Positions 10,327 through 19,787 are shown, counted from the stretch's first letter. The stretch is 62,887 nucleotides of DNA from Blastocatellia bacterium (GCA_035429885.1 DAOMFR010000022.1:1-62887); one strand, 5' to 3'. The notes: generated by a model not told the origin, from the sequence alone. Numbers and translations: made by a program.

Positions 10327-10452
10327 AATGTTTGAATTGCCCGTCTTTCAGTTTAGAATGCGCCCGCTTTAACTTCCTTCGCGGTAACCAATTGGAAAAT
10401 CAACCTTCTCGTTGACAACGTTCAACGCTTCGCCCTAAGGAGGCATTTGTTT

Positions 10453-10707
10453 ATGTGGGAAATCATTACAACTGCTTTTGTTGGCTTGATCGTAGGTTTA
10501 ATCGCGCGCATCGTATTGCCCGGCAGAGACCCCATGGGCTTGTTGATGACGATGATTATTGGAATCGCCGGTTCCTTCCTGGGGAAATTTCTGGGCATGA
10601 ACATTCTCCATCTGAGCCGCAGTGCCAGTTCAGGCTGGATTATGTCCATCATCGGCGCAGTAATTTTACTTCTTCTTTATCGGCTGGTTGCCAGTCGCAG
10701 AGCTTAA
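10453..10707 (+). CDS. GlsB/YeaQ/YmgE family (transglycosylase-associated) small membrane stress protein
   Basis: Small Gly-rich membrane protein (ARIVLPGRDPMG ... IGIAGSFLGKFLG). AGGAGG (10438-10443) lies 9 nt before the ATG at 10453. Confidence 0.8.
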   Translation: MWEIITTAFVGLIVGLIARIVLPGRDPMGLLMTMIIGIAGSFLGKFLGMNILHLSRSASSGWIMSIIGAVILLLLYRLVASRRA

Positions 10708-10713
10708 CCGTTG

Positions 10714-11205
10714 TCATCGCCGAACCATTGACTTAAAGATGAACGGGAATTCGTTCTTTTCGTCCGCCGGATGAAAAACGCTTTCCCGTTCGCTCCATTC
10801 TTTCGGGTCAAATTCAGGAAAGAACGTGTCGGCATCGGTTTCGGCATCCACAAACGTCAGATAGAGCCGGTCGGCCAACGCGATGGATTGCGAGTAAATT
10901 TCTGCGCCGCCGCAAATGAACACTTCGTCTTCGCCGTGTGAGCCAGCCAGCGCAATTGCATCTGTCAACGAATGGCAAATGGCGCAGCTTTCCGCCAGAA
11001 AATCGCGGTCTCGCGTGACAATGATCATCTGTCTGCCAGGAAGCGGTTTGCCAATGGATTCAAAGGTCTTTCGCCCGACGATGATGTGATGCCCCATCGT
11101 CAGTTCGCGGAATCTTTTCAAGTCCGCAGACAATCGCCACGGCAATTGATTTTCGCGCCCGATGCCACGCTGTTTGTCCATTGCTGCGATCAACGAAACG
11201 ATCAA
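10714..11205 (-). CDS. folA: Dihydrofolate reductase
   Basis: 163 aa. IVSLIAAMDKQRGIGRENQLPWRL ... IVGRKTFESIG is typical FolA. The start codon is TTG. Confidence 0.93.
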   Translation of the reverse strand: MIVSLIAAMDKQRGIGRENQLPWRLSADLKRFRELTMGHHIIVGRKTFESIGKPLPGRQMIIVTRDRDFLAESCAICHSLTDAIALAGSHGEDEVFICGGAEIYSQSIALADRLYLTFVDAETDADTFFPEFDPKEWSERESVFHPADEKNEFPFIFKSMVRR

Positions 11206-11263
11206 CTTTCACCTCAAATTCAAACCAAGTTGCCAGTAACGCAACTTACCATCGCAAAAGATC

Positions 11264-12160
11264 ATGCACAAACCATCACGCCGCAACTTTTTGCAAACCG
11301 GACTGGCTGCTGCAGGCGCACTGTCGCTCGCCGGAACCGTTGAACCAAATTCCGCTTCAGCCCAGAAAATCGTCAATCCAGCACTGGGCGGTGGTGGATT
11401 CAAACTTGGCTTGGTGACCTATAACCTGGCCAAAGACTGGGACATACCGACGATCATCAAGAATTGCGAAGCCACTGGATTTGAAGCTGTCGAACTGCGC
11501 ACTACGCATAAACATGGAGTCGAACCGGCGCTCAGCAAGGACCAGCGCGCCGAAGTCAAAGCGCGGTTTGCCGGATCGAAAGTTCGTTTGCTGAGTTTGG
11601 GCAGTGTTTGCGAATTTCATTCGCCGGATCAAACCGTTGTCCGAAAAAACATTGACGAGTGCAAACGTTTCATCGAACTGGCTCATGACATCGGCGCGCT
11701 GGGCGTCAAAGTCCGCCCAAATGGAATCCCCAAAGAAGTCTCGGAAGAAAAAACCATCACTCAAATTGGGGTGGCCTTGCGCGAATGCGGTGAAGCTGCC
11801 AAAACGGCTGGCGTCGAAATTTGGGTCGAAGTCCACGGCAAAGATTCCTGTCTGCCGCCGCGAATGGCCGGAATGATGAAAGCGGCCAATCATTCCAATG
11901 TAGGCATTTGCTGGAATTCCAACCCTGAAGACTTGATCAACGGTTCGATCAAACCGGGTTTTGAAATGCTGAAACCGTATTTGCGCAACGCTCACATTAA
12001 CGAATTGTGGAAGCCGGAATATCCTTGGCGCGATCTGTTCGGAATGATGAAGGTCGCCGGTTACAACCGCTATTGCCTGGCTGAAATTCCGGAAACCACC
12101 GACCCGATCCGATTGATGCGATATTATCGCGCGCTCTGGCTGGAGCAGTGCAAAGGCTAA
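11264..12160 (+). CDS. Xylose-isomerase-like TIM-barrel protein (sugar phosphate isomerase/epimerase family) with Tat signal
   Basis: Twin-arginine signal SRRNFLQTGLAAAGALSLA. The family assignment comes from overall sequence character (VELRTTH, WVEVHG). Confidence 0.72.
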   Translation: MHKPSRRNFLQTGLAAAGALSLAGTVEPNSASAQKIVNPALGGGGFKLGLVTYNLAKDWDIPTIIKNCEATGFEAVELRTTHKHGVEPALSKDQRAEVKARFAGSKVRLLSLGSVCEFHSPDQTVVRKNIDECKRFIELAHDIGALGVKVRPNGIPKEVSEEKTITQIGVALRECGEAAKTAGVEIWVEVHGKDSCLPPRMAGMMKAANHSNVGICWNSNPEDLINGSIKPGFEMLKPYLRNAHINELWKPEYPWRDLFGMMKVAGYNRYCLAEIPETTDPIRLMRYYRALWLEQCKG

Positions 12161-12166
12161 CGGAAC

Positions 12167-13606
12167 ATGTCAGCCGAACCTTTCAACATCAACTTCTTGT
12201 TGCGCCGTTTTCACCAGTTGTATGGCGAAGGCGGCGCTTCAATTTTTCGCGCTCCGGCCCGGATCAACGTTCTGGGCGAACACGTGGATTACGTGTCATA
12301 TCTGCCGACGGCTTCGCTGCCGTTTGGCAGTCACGAACACGCGATGACGATGATCTTTCGCCCGTCCGGAAATGGCAAAGTTCGCGGTGTTTCGCTAAAC
12401 GAACGATTTGTTCCTTTCGAGTTTTCGCTCGCTGAAATTCAGCCGCCCGGTCGCAATGAAAAAAGCTGGGAAGAGTTTGTCTTCAATCGGCCGCTTCCCG
12501 CTCCGCATTGGAGCAATTACGTCAAAGGCGCAGTCAGCTTTGCGCAATGGAAATTCGCCGCGACGATCAGCAACGGGTTCGACTTTTTGATTGATTCGAC
12601 CATTCCAGCCAACAGTGGAGCGTCATCATCCTCGGCGTTGGTCGTGTTGGCAGGAGCGGCAATTCGGCAAGCGAATCAAACTCAATTCCAACTTGCGGAG
12701 CTGGCTCAGGATTCGTCGCAGGCCGAATGGTTTTTAGGCACACGCGGAGGTTCACTGGATCACACGACGATTTGCCTGGCCAAACACCATCACGGCATTC
12801 ATCTCAACTACGCCGACAACCTTACCGATTCACTGCCGTTGCCATCTGAACGATTCCGCTGGGTGACGTTTTTTACTCACGCAGCCGACAAAGGCAGCGA
12901 AGTCATGCTGGAATACAATGAACGTGCCGCAGTTTCGCGGTTAATCATTCCAGCGCTGATTCGCGCTTGGGAAACTCAAAATCCTCATTGGTTCATTGAT
13001 TGGCGTTATGCTGTGGCGCTGTTGCGCGATGGAGTCTTGAAAACGCCTGACACGTTAAAAGCCTTGATTGAACAGTTGCCGAAAACGATGTCGCTGGATG
13101 AGCTAAGCTCGATATCTCCAAGAACGGTGAGAGATTGCGAAGCTGCGTTCCCCGCGCTAGTCGCTGAACGGCGAGTCCATCACCTAAAAATCCGCTCGCG
13201 CGCTTTGCATCATCTGGGCGAAGCCTGGCGCGTGAAAGAAGCTGTCGGCATTTTGCGAACCTCGCAACCGGAAGAAGTTTCAATGCGACAGTTGGGCGAA
13301 CTGATCAGCCAAACTCACGTTAGCTTGCGCGACCTGTACGACGTTTCCACGCCACAGGTTGAACGCTTGATCGAATTGCTGCGATCCGATTCGCAAGTGT
13401 TTGGCGCTCGATTGATGGGCGGCGGTTTCGGTGGAAATGTATTGGCGCTGACGACGTGTGAAAACGTCTCGACGCTGGTTGACCGAATTCAACAGGAATT
13501 TTACGCACCGCAAAATCGTGACTTGGCAAGCGAAGGCGCAGTGATGATTTCCACGCCGGGCGACGGCCTTTCACAAACAGCTTTTTCCCCTTCACCCAAT
13601 GACTAA
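12167..13606 (+). CDS. Galactokinase-family GHMP sugar kinase (479 aa)
   Basis: GalK-like signature FRAPARINVLGEHVDY, GHMP motif PANSGASSSSALVV, and C-terminal GGGFGG. Confidence 0.75.
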   Translation: MSAEPFNINFLLRRFHQLYGEGGASIFRAPARINVLGEHVDYVSYLPTASLPFGSHEHAMTMIFRPSGNGKVRGVSLNERFVPFEFSLAEIQPPGRNEKSWEEFVFNRPLPAPHWSNYVKGAVSFAQWKFAATISNGFDFLIDSTIPANSGASSSSALVVLAGAAIRQANQTQFQLAELAQDSSQAEWFLGTRGGSLDHTTICLAKHHHGIHLNYADNLTDSLPLPSERFRWVTFFTHAADKGSEVMLEYNERAAVSRLIIPALIRAWETQNPHWFIDWRYAVALLRDGVLKTPDTLKALIEQLPKTMSLDELSSISPRTVRDCEAAFPALVAERRVHHLKIRSRALHHLGEAWRVKEAVGILRTSQPEEVSMRQLGELISQTHVSLRDLYDVSTPQVERLIELLRSDSQVFGARLMGGGFGGNVLALTTCENVSTLVDRIQQEFYAPQNRDLASEGAVMISTPGDGLSQTAFSPSPND

Positions 13607-14903
13607 CTCCAACACAAAACCGATTCGTAATTTGCGCTGGTGGATTGGCGGATTGCTCTTCCTTTCGACGGTCATCAATTACATTGACCGTCAGACACTG
13701 TCGAACCTGGCTCCTTATCTGAAAACTGAGTTCGGCTGGACAAATACCGATTACGCGTTGCTGGCGATTTCGTTTCGCATCGCTTATTCGATTGGACTTT
13801 CAGTAAACGGGCGCTTATTGGATCACATCGGCACCCGTCTGGGACTGACGCTTTCTGTGATTTGGTATTCCGTAGTTTCGATGCTGACAGCGCTGGCCAG
13901 AGGGTTTTACAGCTTCGCCGGGTTTCGTTTTTTGTTGGGGGCAGGCGAATCAGCCAACTGGCCTGGAGCAACCAAGGCTGTGTCAGAATGGTTTCCAAAA
14001 CAAGAGCGCGCGTTGGCCGCGGCATTATTTGACAGTGGGTCTTCAATTGGCGGAGCCATCGCCCCGTTCATCATTGTGCCGATTTATTTTCAATGGGGAT
14101 GGCGCCCAGCGTTTGTCATTCCGGGCATCTTGGGATTTTTCTGGTTGATCCTTTGGCGGCGGTTTTATTATCCGCCTGAAACCCATCCGCGCATCAGCGC
14201 TAAAGAGTTGCGGATGATACAGCATGACAAGCTGGACTATGCTCCCAAAGAAGGAGAACGCAAAAGCTGGTTTGATTTGCTGAGACTGCCGCAAACTTGG
14301 GGAACGATTGCATCGAAAGCGCTGACTGATCCGGTCTGGTTTTTCGTCACGGACTGGTTTCCCATTTATCTGGTGTCCAAAGGCATCCAACTAAAAAGCG
14401 GGTTGATCGCCGTATGGATTCCGTTTATCGCTGCCGATCTGGGAAATTTCTTTGGTGGTTGGTTGTCAGGCTACCTGATTAAACGTGGCTGGTCGTTGGG
14501 CGCAGCACGCAAAGCATTGGCCGTTTTTGGAGGCTTTGGCGTTACGTTGTTAATCCCAACCATTTTTACGACCAACTTAATGGTAATCGCATTGTTGTTC
14601 GGAGCGGCAACTTTTGCGTATGCTGCGTTTTCAACAATTGCGAATGTGTTGCCCGCCGACTTATTTACCAGCGATGCAGTGGCTTCGGTCAGCGGGATGA
14701 GCGGTTCGGCGGCGGGTGTTTTGACGATTATTGCGTTTATCCTGGTCGGTCATTTTTCCGATGAGCGCGCCGCGCAAGCAACCAGTTCCTTTGACCCCAT
14801 TATCGTTGTCGCGGGATTGGTTCCACTGGTGGGCATGGTTTTGGTCCTGTTGTTGATTCGGAACACGGGCGCGACTGAACGAGGATTGGTACGGCGAATA
14901 TGA
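13599..14903 (+). CDS. MFS transporter, ACS/hexuronate-transporter-like
   Basis: NYIDRQTLS motif near TM1 and many hydrophobic segments. It overlaps the kinase gene by 8 nt. Confidence 0.8.
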   Translation: MTNSNTKPIRNLRWWIGGLLFLSTVINYIDRQTLSNLAPYLKTEFGWTNTDYALLAISFRIAYSIGLSVNGRLLDHIGTRLGLTLSVIWYSVVSMLTALARGFYSFAGFRFLLGAGESANWPGATKAVSEWFPKQERALAAALFDSGSSIGGAIAPFIIVPIYFQWGWRPAFVIPGILGFFWLILWRRFYYPPETHPRISAKELRMIQHDKLDYAPKEGERKSWFDLLRLPQTWGTIASKALTDPVWFFVTDWFPIYLVSKGIQLKSGLIAVWIPFIAADLGNFFGGWLSGYLIKRGWSLGAARKALAVFGGFGVTLLIPTIFTTNLMVIALLFGAATFAYAAFSTIANVLPADLFTSDAVASVSGMSGSAAGVLTIIAFILVGHFSDERAAQATSSFDPIIVVAGLVPLVGMVLVLLLIRNTGATERGLVRRI

Positions 14904-16246
14904 AACCTCTGAAAATTGGAATTGCCGGTGTGCGCGGCATCGTCGGCGAAACGCTGACGCCGGAATTGGTCATCGCGTTCGCGCAAGCCTTCGGAACCTA
15001 TCTGGATTCAGGGAGGATTTTGATTTGCCGCGATACGCGCGCTTCCGGACCAATGGTTCGTGCGGCTGTAGCGGCTGGGCTGTTGGCTTCTGGCTGCGAA
15101 GTTATTGATCTGGGCATTTGCCCTACGCCGACGATGCAGCTTGCAGTTGAACATTTCAACGCCGCCGGAGGCATTTCCATCACCGCCGGCCATAACCCTG
15201 CGCAATGGAACGCGTTGAAATTCGTCCGCAGTGACGGGCTGTACCTGAATACCCGGCAAGCCGAAGAATTGCTGGACATTTATCACCAAGCCGAATTTGC
15301 CAAGGCCAAATGGAACGAAATCCAGTCTCAAATACAAACGCAGGACGCCATCGCTTTTCATATCGAAGCGCTGAAACAAGTGTTCGATGTCGAATCCATT
15401 CGCGCACGCAAACTGACTGTCGCAGTGGATTGTTGCAACGGAGCCTGTGCTGTTCTCAGTCCGCGCTGGCTGGAAGAATTGGGCTGCAAAGTACTGGCAA
15501 TCAACGACGAAATTGGCTCACCGTTCCCGCACAATCCTGAGCCGAAACGCGAAACAATGGCGCAGCTTCGTGCCGTGGTGAAAGCCGGTCAGGCTGATAT
15601 CGGATTTGCTCACGACGCAGATGGCGAACGTCTGGCCATCGTCACTGAAACCGGCGAAGCTCTGTCCGAGGAAATGACTCTGGCCATTGCCGCTGAAATT
15701 AAACTCAGTCAAAAACCGGGCGTGGTCGTCACTCATCTTTCAACCAGCGGAGCCATCGAAGCCATCGCCGCACGCCACAATTCCAGCGTAGTACGCACTC
15801 CGGTTGGTCAGGCTTACATTTCCGAAGCAATGCTGGAACTGAGCGCGGTGCTGGGCGGCGAAGGCAACGGCGCGGTGGCGATTCCTGAAATTCACGCAAC
15901 GAATGATTCGGCGGCGACAATTGGTTTGATCCTGGAATATCTGGCCAAAACCGGAAAGAAGATTTCAGAGCTTGTCGCAAGTTTGCCACGCTTCACAATG
16001 TTGAAGCATTACGTGTCGGTGGCTCCGAATAAATTATTTTCCGTGCTGAACGAAATCCGCCTTGAAGCCGAAACCGCCGGAGCCACTGACGCGGATTTCA
16101 GCGACGGCGTCAAACTGACGTGGCTGGACGGATGGCTGCACATTCGAGCATCGAATACCGAATCAATGATCCGTGTGATTGCCGAAGCAAATGAGGTTAG
16201 ACGTGTGGAAGAATTGATGGCGTGGGCAATAGAAAGAGTAAGATGA
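14900..16246 (+). CDS. Alpha-D-phosphohexomutase-family protein lacking the catalytic serine (probable pseudoenzyme)
   Basis: Four-domain PGM/PMM/GlmM-like protein. The active-site loop reads TAGHNP (Gly97, codon GGC at 15188-15190) instead of TASHNP. The metal loop is DADGER and the phosphate loop is SNTES. There is an ATGA overlap with the MFS gene. Confidence 0.85.
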   Translation: MKPLKIGIAGVRGIVGETLTPELVIAFAQAFGTYLDSGRILICRDTRASGPMVRAAVAAGLLASGCEVIDLGICPTPTMQLAVEHFNAAGGISITAGHNPAQWNALKFVRSDGLYLNTRQAEELLDIYHQAEFAKAKWNEIQSQIQTQDAIAFHIEALKQVFDVESIRARKLTVAVDCCNGACAVLSPRWLEELGCKVLAINDEIGSPFPHNPEPKRETMAQLRAVVKAGQADIGFAHDADGERLAIVTETGEALSEEMTLAIAAEIKLSQKPGVVVTHLSTSGAIEAIAARHNSSVVRTPVGQAYISEAMLELSAVLGGEGNGAVAIPEIHATNDSAATIGLILEYLAKTGKKISELVASLPRFTMLKHYVSVAPNKLFSVLNEIRLEAETAGATDADFSDGVKLTWLDGWLHIRASNTESMIRVIAEANEVRRVEELMAWAIERVR

Positions 16247-16264
16247 GTTTCGCGGAGAAAAGTA

Positions 16265-17866
16265 ATGGGAATTGTTGCTGACAAGATCAAGGGTTTAGTG
16301 ACTCTAATTCTGGGGCAAACAAAAGCGGAGAAAAACTCTTCCGATCAACTTCGTTTGATCGAAGATGCAGTTCAGCGATCAGCCATTTATGAAATCGGAT
16401 CATTCGCCTTGTCGGATGACGAGCAGATTCGGCAAACTGCTCTCATTGCCATCAATAACGCGCTTGGCGTTCTTTCACCTGTTCAATTGGCCAAGCTGGA
16501 TTTACTGATACGCGAGGTCTCGCCTTATCTTGGAGAAAATCGCAAACGTTGGTTCCAACTTTCGGCGGCAGACCTTTCTACATTTGAATCTGCCGAACTT
16601 TCGTTTCCGTTCTTTGGGTTGGCGAGCTTTCATTCCAGTGGCTATGTTCGTGAATCGGCAATCAAGCGGCTTAAGGAAAATCACGATGGCCGCGAATTGC
16701 CATACTTGTTAATTCGTTTAAACGATTGGGTTGCCCCTGTGCAACAAGCAGCAGAGAAAGAGATTTTTGAACGAATACGGATTGATTACGCTCATCACTG
16801 GGTCAGCAATTTGGCATTGTTGCGACGCCTGATTTTAGCGAGCAGAAAGAATCATCAACCTTTTGGGGAAGCGGTCTTTGCGCTGTTACGCCAACCGGAA
16901 TGCCAGCCAGCTTTACTGGCAGGTTTAGTTGATAAGGATGTTCAAGTCAGAAAACTTTGTTTTCAATTGGCAGCAGAATCCAATATGTGGAATTTGCGTG
17001 AATTGACAGAGCGATCTTTGAGCGACACTCATCCCGGGATTCGACTCTGGGGCGCGCGCCAAGTTAGCAAGCTGGACGCGAGTAGCATTGCCTTGCTGCT
17101 CGATGTGTTAAGAAAAGACCGGTTTATGCCGGTCAGGCGTGAATACCTGCGATTTGTTGTGGACAAGCTTCCAGATCGAGCGATTGATGACTTGAAATTT
17201 GCGCTTTTTGATTCTAGCGCCTCTTTGCGTTGGGAAGCTGCCCAATTGCTGCAACAGGCGCAACCGTTTGACCTGTTAATGTTTTATCGTCGGGCATTTG
17301 ACGACATGAGGGATGAAAATTTAATCGGCGCGCTTAGTGGGCTGGGTGAAAATGGCAAAGAAGAAGACGCGCCATTGGTTTTGCGGTACATTGACCACCC
17401 AAGAAATAAAGTGCGAAAGACGGCGCTTCGCTCACTAAGTAATCTTTCCGCGCAAGAGTACCTGCCCATATTTCTTGCCAAACTTCTAGACCAATCAACC
17501 GCCGTTTCAAATCAAGCAGGAAAAGCTTTGGCAGATAAGAGCCGCTTTGTGCAAGGAAGCAGATTGTGGGAAGCCTTTTGCGAAACACCAAGGTCAAATC
17601 TCAAATTAAGAATACTGTTGTTGATTTTTCGTCTGCCTAAATGGGAAAGCATTCCCTTTCTGTTGAACGCTGTTGCTGATTCAGACCAGATGATTGCCCA
17701 AGCTTCGATCAAATTAATCAACAGATGGTGTATACAATTCAATCGGCAGTTTGCTGCAGCTTCTGCGGCGCAACTGGACGCAGCAAAGCAGGCATTCGAG
17801 GGCTGTAAGCACAGACTCCCTGAACTGTGGCAAAAGAATTTGGCTTTTTATCTCAAAGAGAATTGA
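16265..17866 (+). CDS. HEAT-repeat protein of unknown function
   Basis: 533 aa and helical. It has recurring HEAT-like units (DKDVQVRKLCFQLA, DTHPGIRLWGARQV, DRFMPVRREYLRFV, DSSASLRWEAAQLL, HPRNKVRKTALRSL). Confidence 0.65.
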   Translation: MGIVADKIKGLVTLILGQTKAEKNSSDQLRLIEDAVQRSAIYEIGSFALSDDEQIRQTALIAINNALGVLSPVQLAKLDLLIREVSPYLGENRKRWFQLSAADLSTFESAELSFPFFGLASFHSSGYVRESAIKRLKENHDGRELPYLLIRLNDWVAPVQQAAEKEIFERIRIDYAHHWVSNLALLRRLILASRKNHQPFGEAVFALLRQPECQPALLAGLVDKDVQVRKLCFQLAAESNMWNLRELTERSLSDTHPGIRLWGARQVSKLDASSIALLLDVLRKDRFMPVRREYLRFVVDKLPDRAIDDLKFALFDSSASLRWEAAQLLQQAQPFDLLMFYRRAFDDMRDENLIGALSGLGENGKEEDAPLVLRYIDHPRNKVRKTALRSLSNLSAQEYLPIFLAKLLDQSTAVSNQAGKALADKSRFVQGSRLWEAFCETPRSNLKLRILLLIFRLPKWESIPFLLNAVADSDQMIAQASIKLINRWCIQFNRQFAAASAAQLDAAKQAFEGCKHRLPELWQKNLAFYLKEN

Positions 17867-17869
17867 TAC

Positions 17870-19225
17870 GTGCGAGCAATTCCCTCTCTCAAAATCAGTA
17901 TTTCAGGTGTTCGCGGAGTTATCGGCGATTCGCTGACTCCGGGGTTATTGACGCGCTTTGCCCAGGCGTTTGGCACGTACGTCGGTTCGGGAACGATTGT
18001 CATTGGACGCGACCCGCGAACTTCAGGCGAAATGGTTCGCCAGGCGGTGATCGCCGGTTTGCTTTCCAGCGGGTGCCGAGTCATTGATCTGGACGTGTGC
18101 CCGGTTCCGACCGTGCAATTGATTGTGCGGCAGCGCAAAGCTTCAGGCGGAATCGCCATCACCGCCAGCCACAACCCTGCCGAATGGAATGCGTTGAAGT
18201 TCGTCAATTCAGAAGGCCTGTTTCTAAGTCCGGGCCAAGCCCGTGAATTGCTGGATATTTATCACCAAGGCGATTACACCAAAGTCAGCGGCGGTGAAAT
18301 GCGCAGCGTGGAAGTCTTTTCAGGTGTGCTGGACGCTCACATCAAGGCGATCGTTGACGCTGTCGGAACGCTGCCGCCAAAACGAAAACTCAAAGTTGCG
18401 CTGGATTCGTGCAACGGCGCGGGTTCGATCATTGCTCCGCGTTTGCTGGAAGCTTTGGGCGCAGAAGTTGTCACGGTTAATACAACTCCCGATGGTTCAT
18501 TCCCGCGCGGCGCGGAACCGATTGCGGAAAATCTTGGCAAGCTCTGTCAGTTAGTGAAAGATAGCGGTGCCGATGTCGGATTTGCGCAAGACATGGATGC
18601 TGACCGGTTGGCTGTGGTGAATGAATGCGGCCAGGCGATTGGCGAAGAATTCACACTCGTGTTGGCTTCACGGTTTATCGTCAGCAAAATGCCCGGCGCT
18701 TTGGTGACCAACCTTTCCACTACATCGGCGATGGATGATCTGGCGCAAATGTTCGGCTGCACCCTGCATCGGTCGAAAATCGGCGAAGCGAATGTCACCG
18801 AATTGATGCAGCAAGTTCATGCTGTGATTGGCGGCGAAGGCAATGGCGGGGTGATTTATCCTCGAATCAATTTCTGCCGAGACAGCCACGTGGGAATGGC
18901 ACTGATACTGCATTTGTTGGCAGAAACCGGGCGTTCGATTTCTGCTCTGGTCGCTGACTTGCCGCGTTATGTAATGATCAAAGAAAAGTTGAATTGTCCT
19001 TCCGATAAAATCGCCGATGTGCTGAAAATGGTTCGCCGCGAATACGCTAACGAACAAACTGATTTGCGAGACGGTGTAAAAGTCAATTTCGCCGAAGGGT
19101 GGTTGCACGTGCGCGGGTCGAACACGGAACCAATTATTCGTTTAATTGCGGAAGCAGGAAGCGAAACGCGAGTGAAGGAAATTCTGGATCAAGTTTTTGA
19201 AAAAGCAGCACGACTGTTGAGGTAG
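17870..19225 (+). CDS. Alpha-D-phosphohexomutase (phosphoglucosamine/phosphomanno/phosphoglucomutase type), motifs intact
   Basis: GTG start. Motifs present: TASHNP (Ser100, 18167-18169), metal loop DMDADR, GGEGNGG, and RGSNTEP. Confidence 0.85.
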   Translation: MRAIPSLKISISGVRGVIGDSLTPGLLTRFAQAFGTYVGSGTIVIGRDPRTSGEMVRQAVIAGLLSSGCRVIDLDVCPVPTVQLIVRQRKASGGIAITASHNPAEWNALKFVNSEGLFLSPGQARELLDIYHQGDYTKVSGGEMRSVEVFSGVLDAHIKAIVDAVGTLPPKRKLKVALDSCNGAGSIIAPRLLEALGAEVVTVNTTPDGSFPRGAEPIAENLGKLCQLVKDSGADVGFAQDMDADRLAVVNECGQAIGEEFTLVLASRFIVSKMPGALVTNLSTTSAMDDLAQMFGCTLHRSKIGEANVTELMQQVHAVIGGEGNGGVIYPRINFCRDSHVGMALILHLLAETGRSISALVADLPRYVMIKEKLNCPSDKIADVLKMVRREYANEQTDLRDGVKVNFAEGWLHVRGSNTEPIIRLIAEAGSETRVKEILDQVFEKAARLLR

Positions 19226-19268
19226 AAAAGCTGCCCTGCGCTTCATTCTGCGTGACGCGAATAAAAAT

Positions 19269-19298
19269 AAGGCTGCGATCTTTTCAGATCGCAGCCTT
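19269..19298. terminator. 12-bp perfect hairpin whose U-tail lies on the minus strand
   Basis: AAGGCTGCGATC (19269-19280) and GATCGCAGCCTT (19287-19298) flank a 6-nt loop. On the minus strand the hairpin is followed by ATTTTTAT. On the plus strand it is followed by CAAGAGC, with no T-run. Confidence 0.55.
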
Positions 19299-19787
19299 CA
19301 AGAGCACCATAGCAGAGAGATAATGAAACAAGCGTCTACGCGATAATTACGTTGGCTTGCCGCCGTCGCGACAATTTTGATGCAATCAGTTACAACACAT
19401 CAGTTTGCGCAACAACCTTTTTTGCCTTGAAGGCAAGTTAGCCCGATGCCGTTTTGGCGTTGAGCGGCAAAGTTTTACATTTCAATCCAGGCCGAGCTCA
19501 CAAGTGATGCAAACTCGTAAAAGAACTTAAACCCCAGCAAAGCACCTTCTGTGCATATCCATATCTATGGGATTGTTACTGTTCATTTCATTCATAAATC
19601 AGCACATCCCTCCTTCTCCTGCGGCTTTTGCATTCACCAGCGAAGACCATTTGCATAAACAACTAACACTGCAAAAGCACGAGCGGATTATTGTCCTCCG
19701 GCTGTCATCTGTCCAACTCATTGTTGTAATCCACGTAATCAATTATGCTAATGGCCTGGAATTCTGTTAGGGAGAAGAAAAACAGTT

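Noticed and set aside
11357-11995. 212-aa minus-strand ORF.
   Set aside because: It is antisense to the Tat-signal TIM-barrel gene, which has the better coding features.
19567-19770. 67-aa plus-strand ORF upstream of the LysR gene.
   Set aside because: It has no SD and an implausible hydrophobic/low-complexity sequence. The region is more likely regulatory or transcribed on the other strand.
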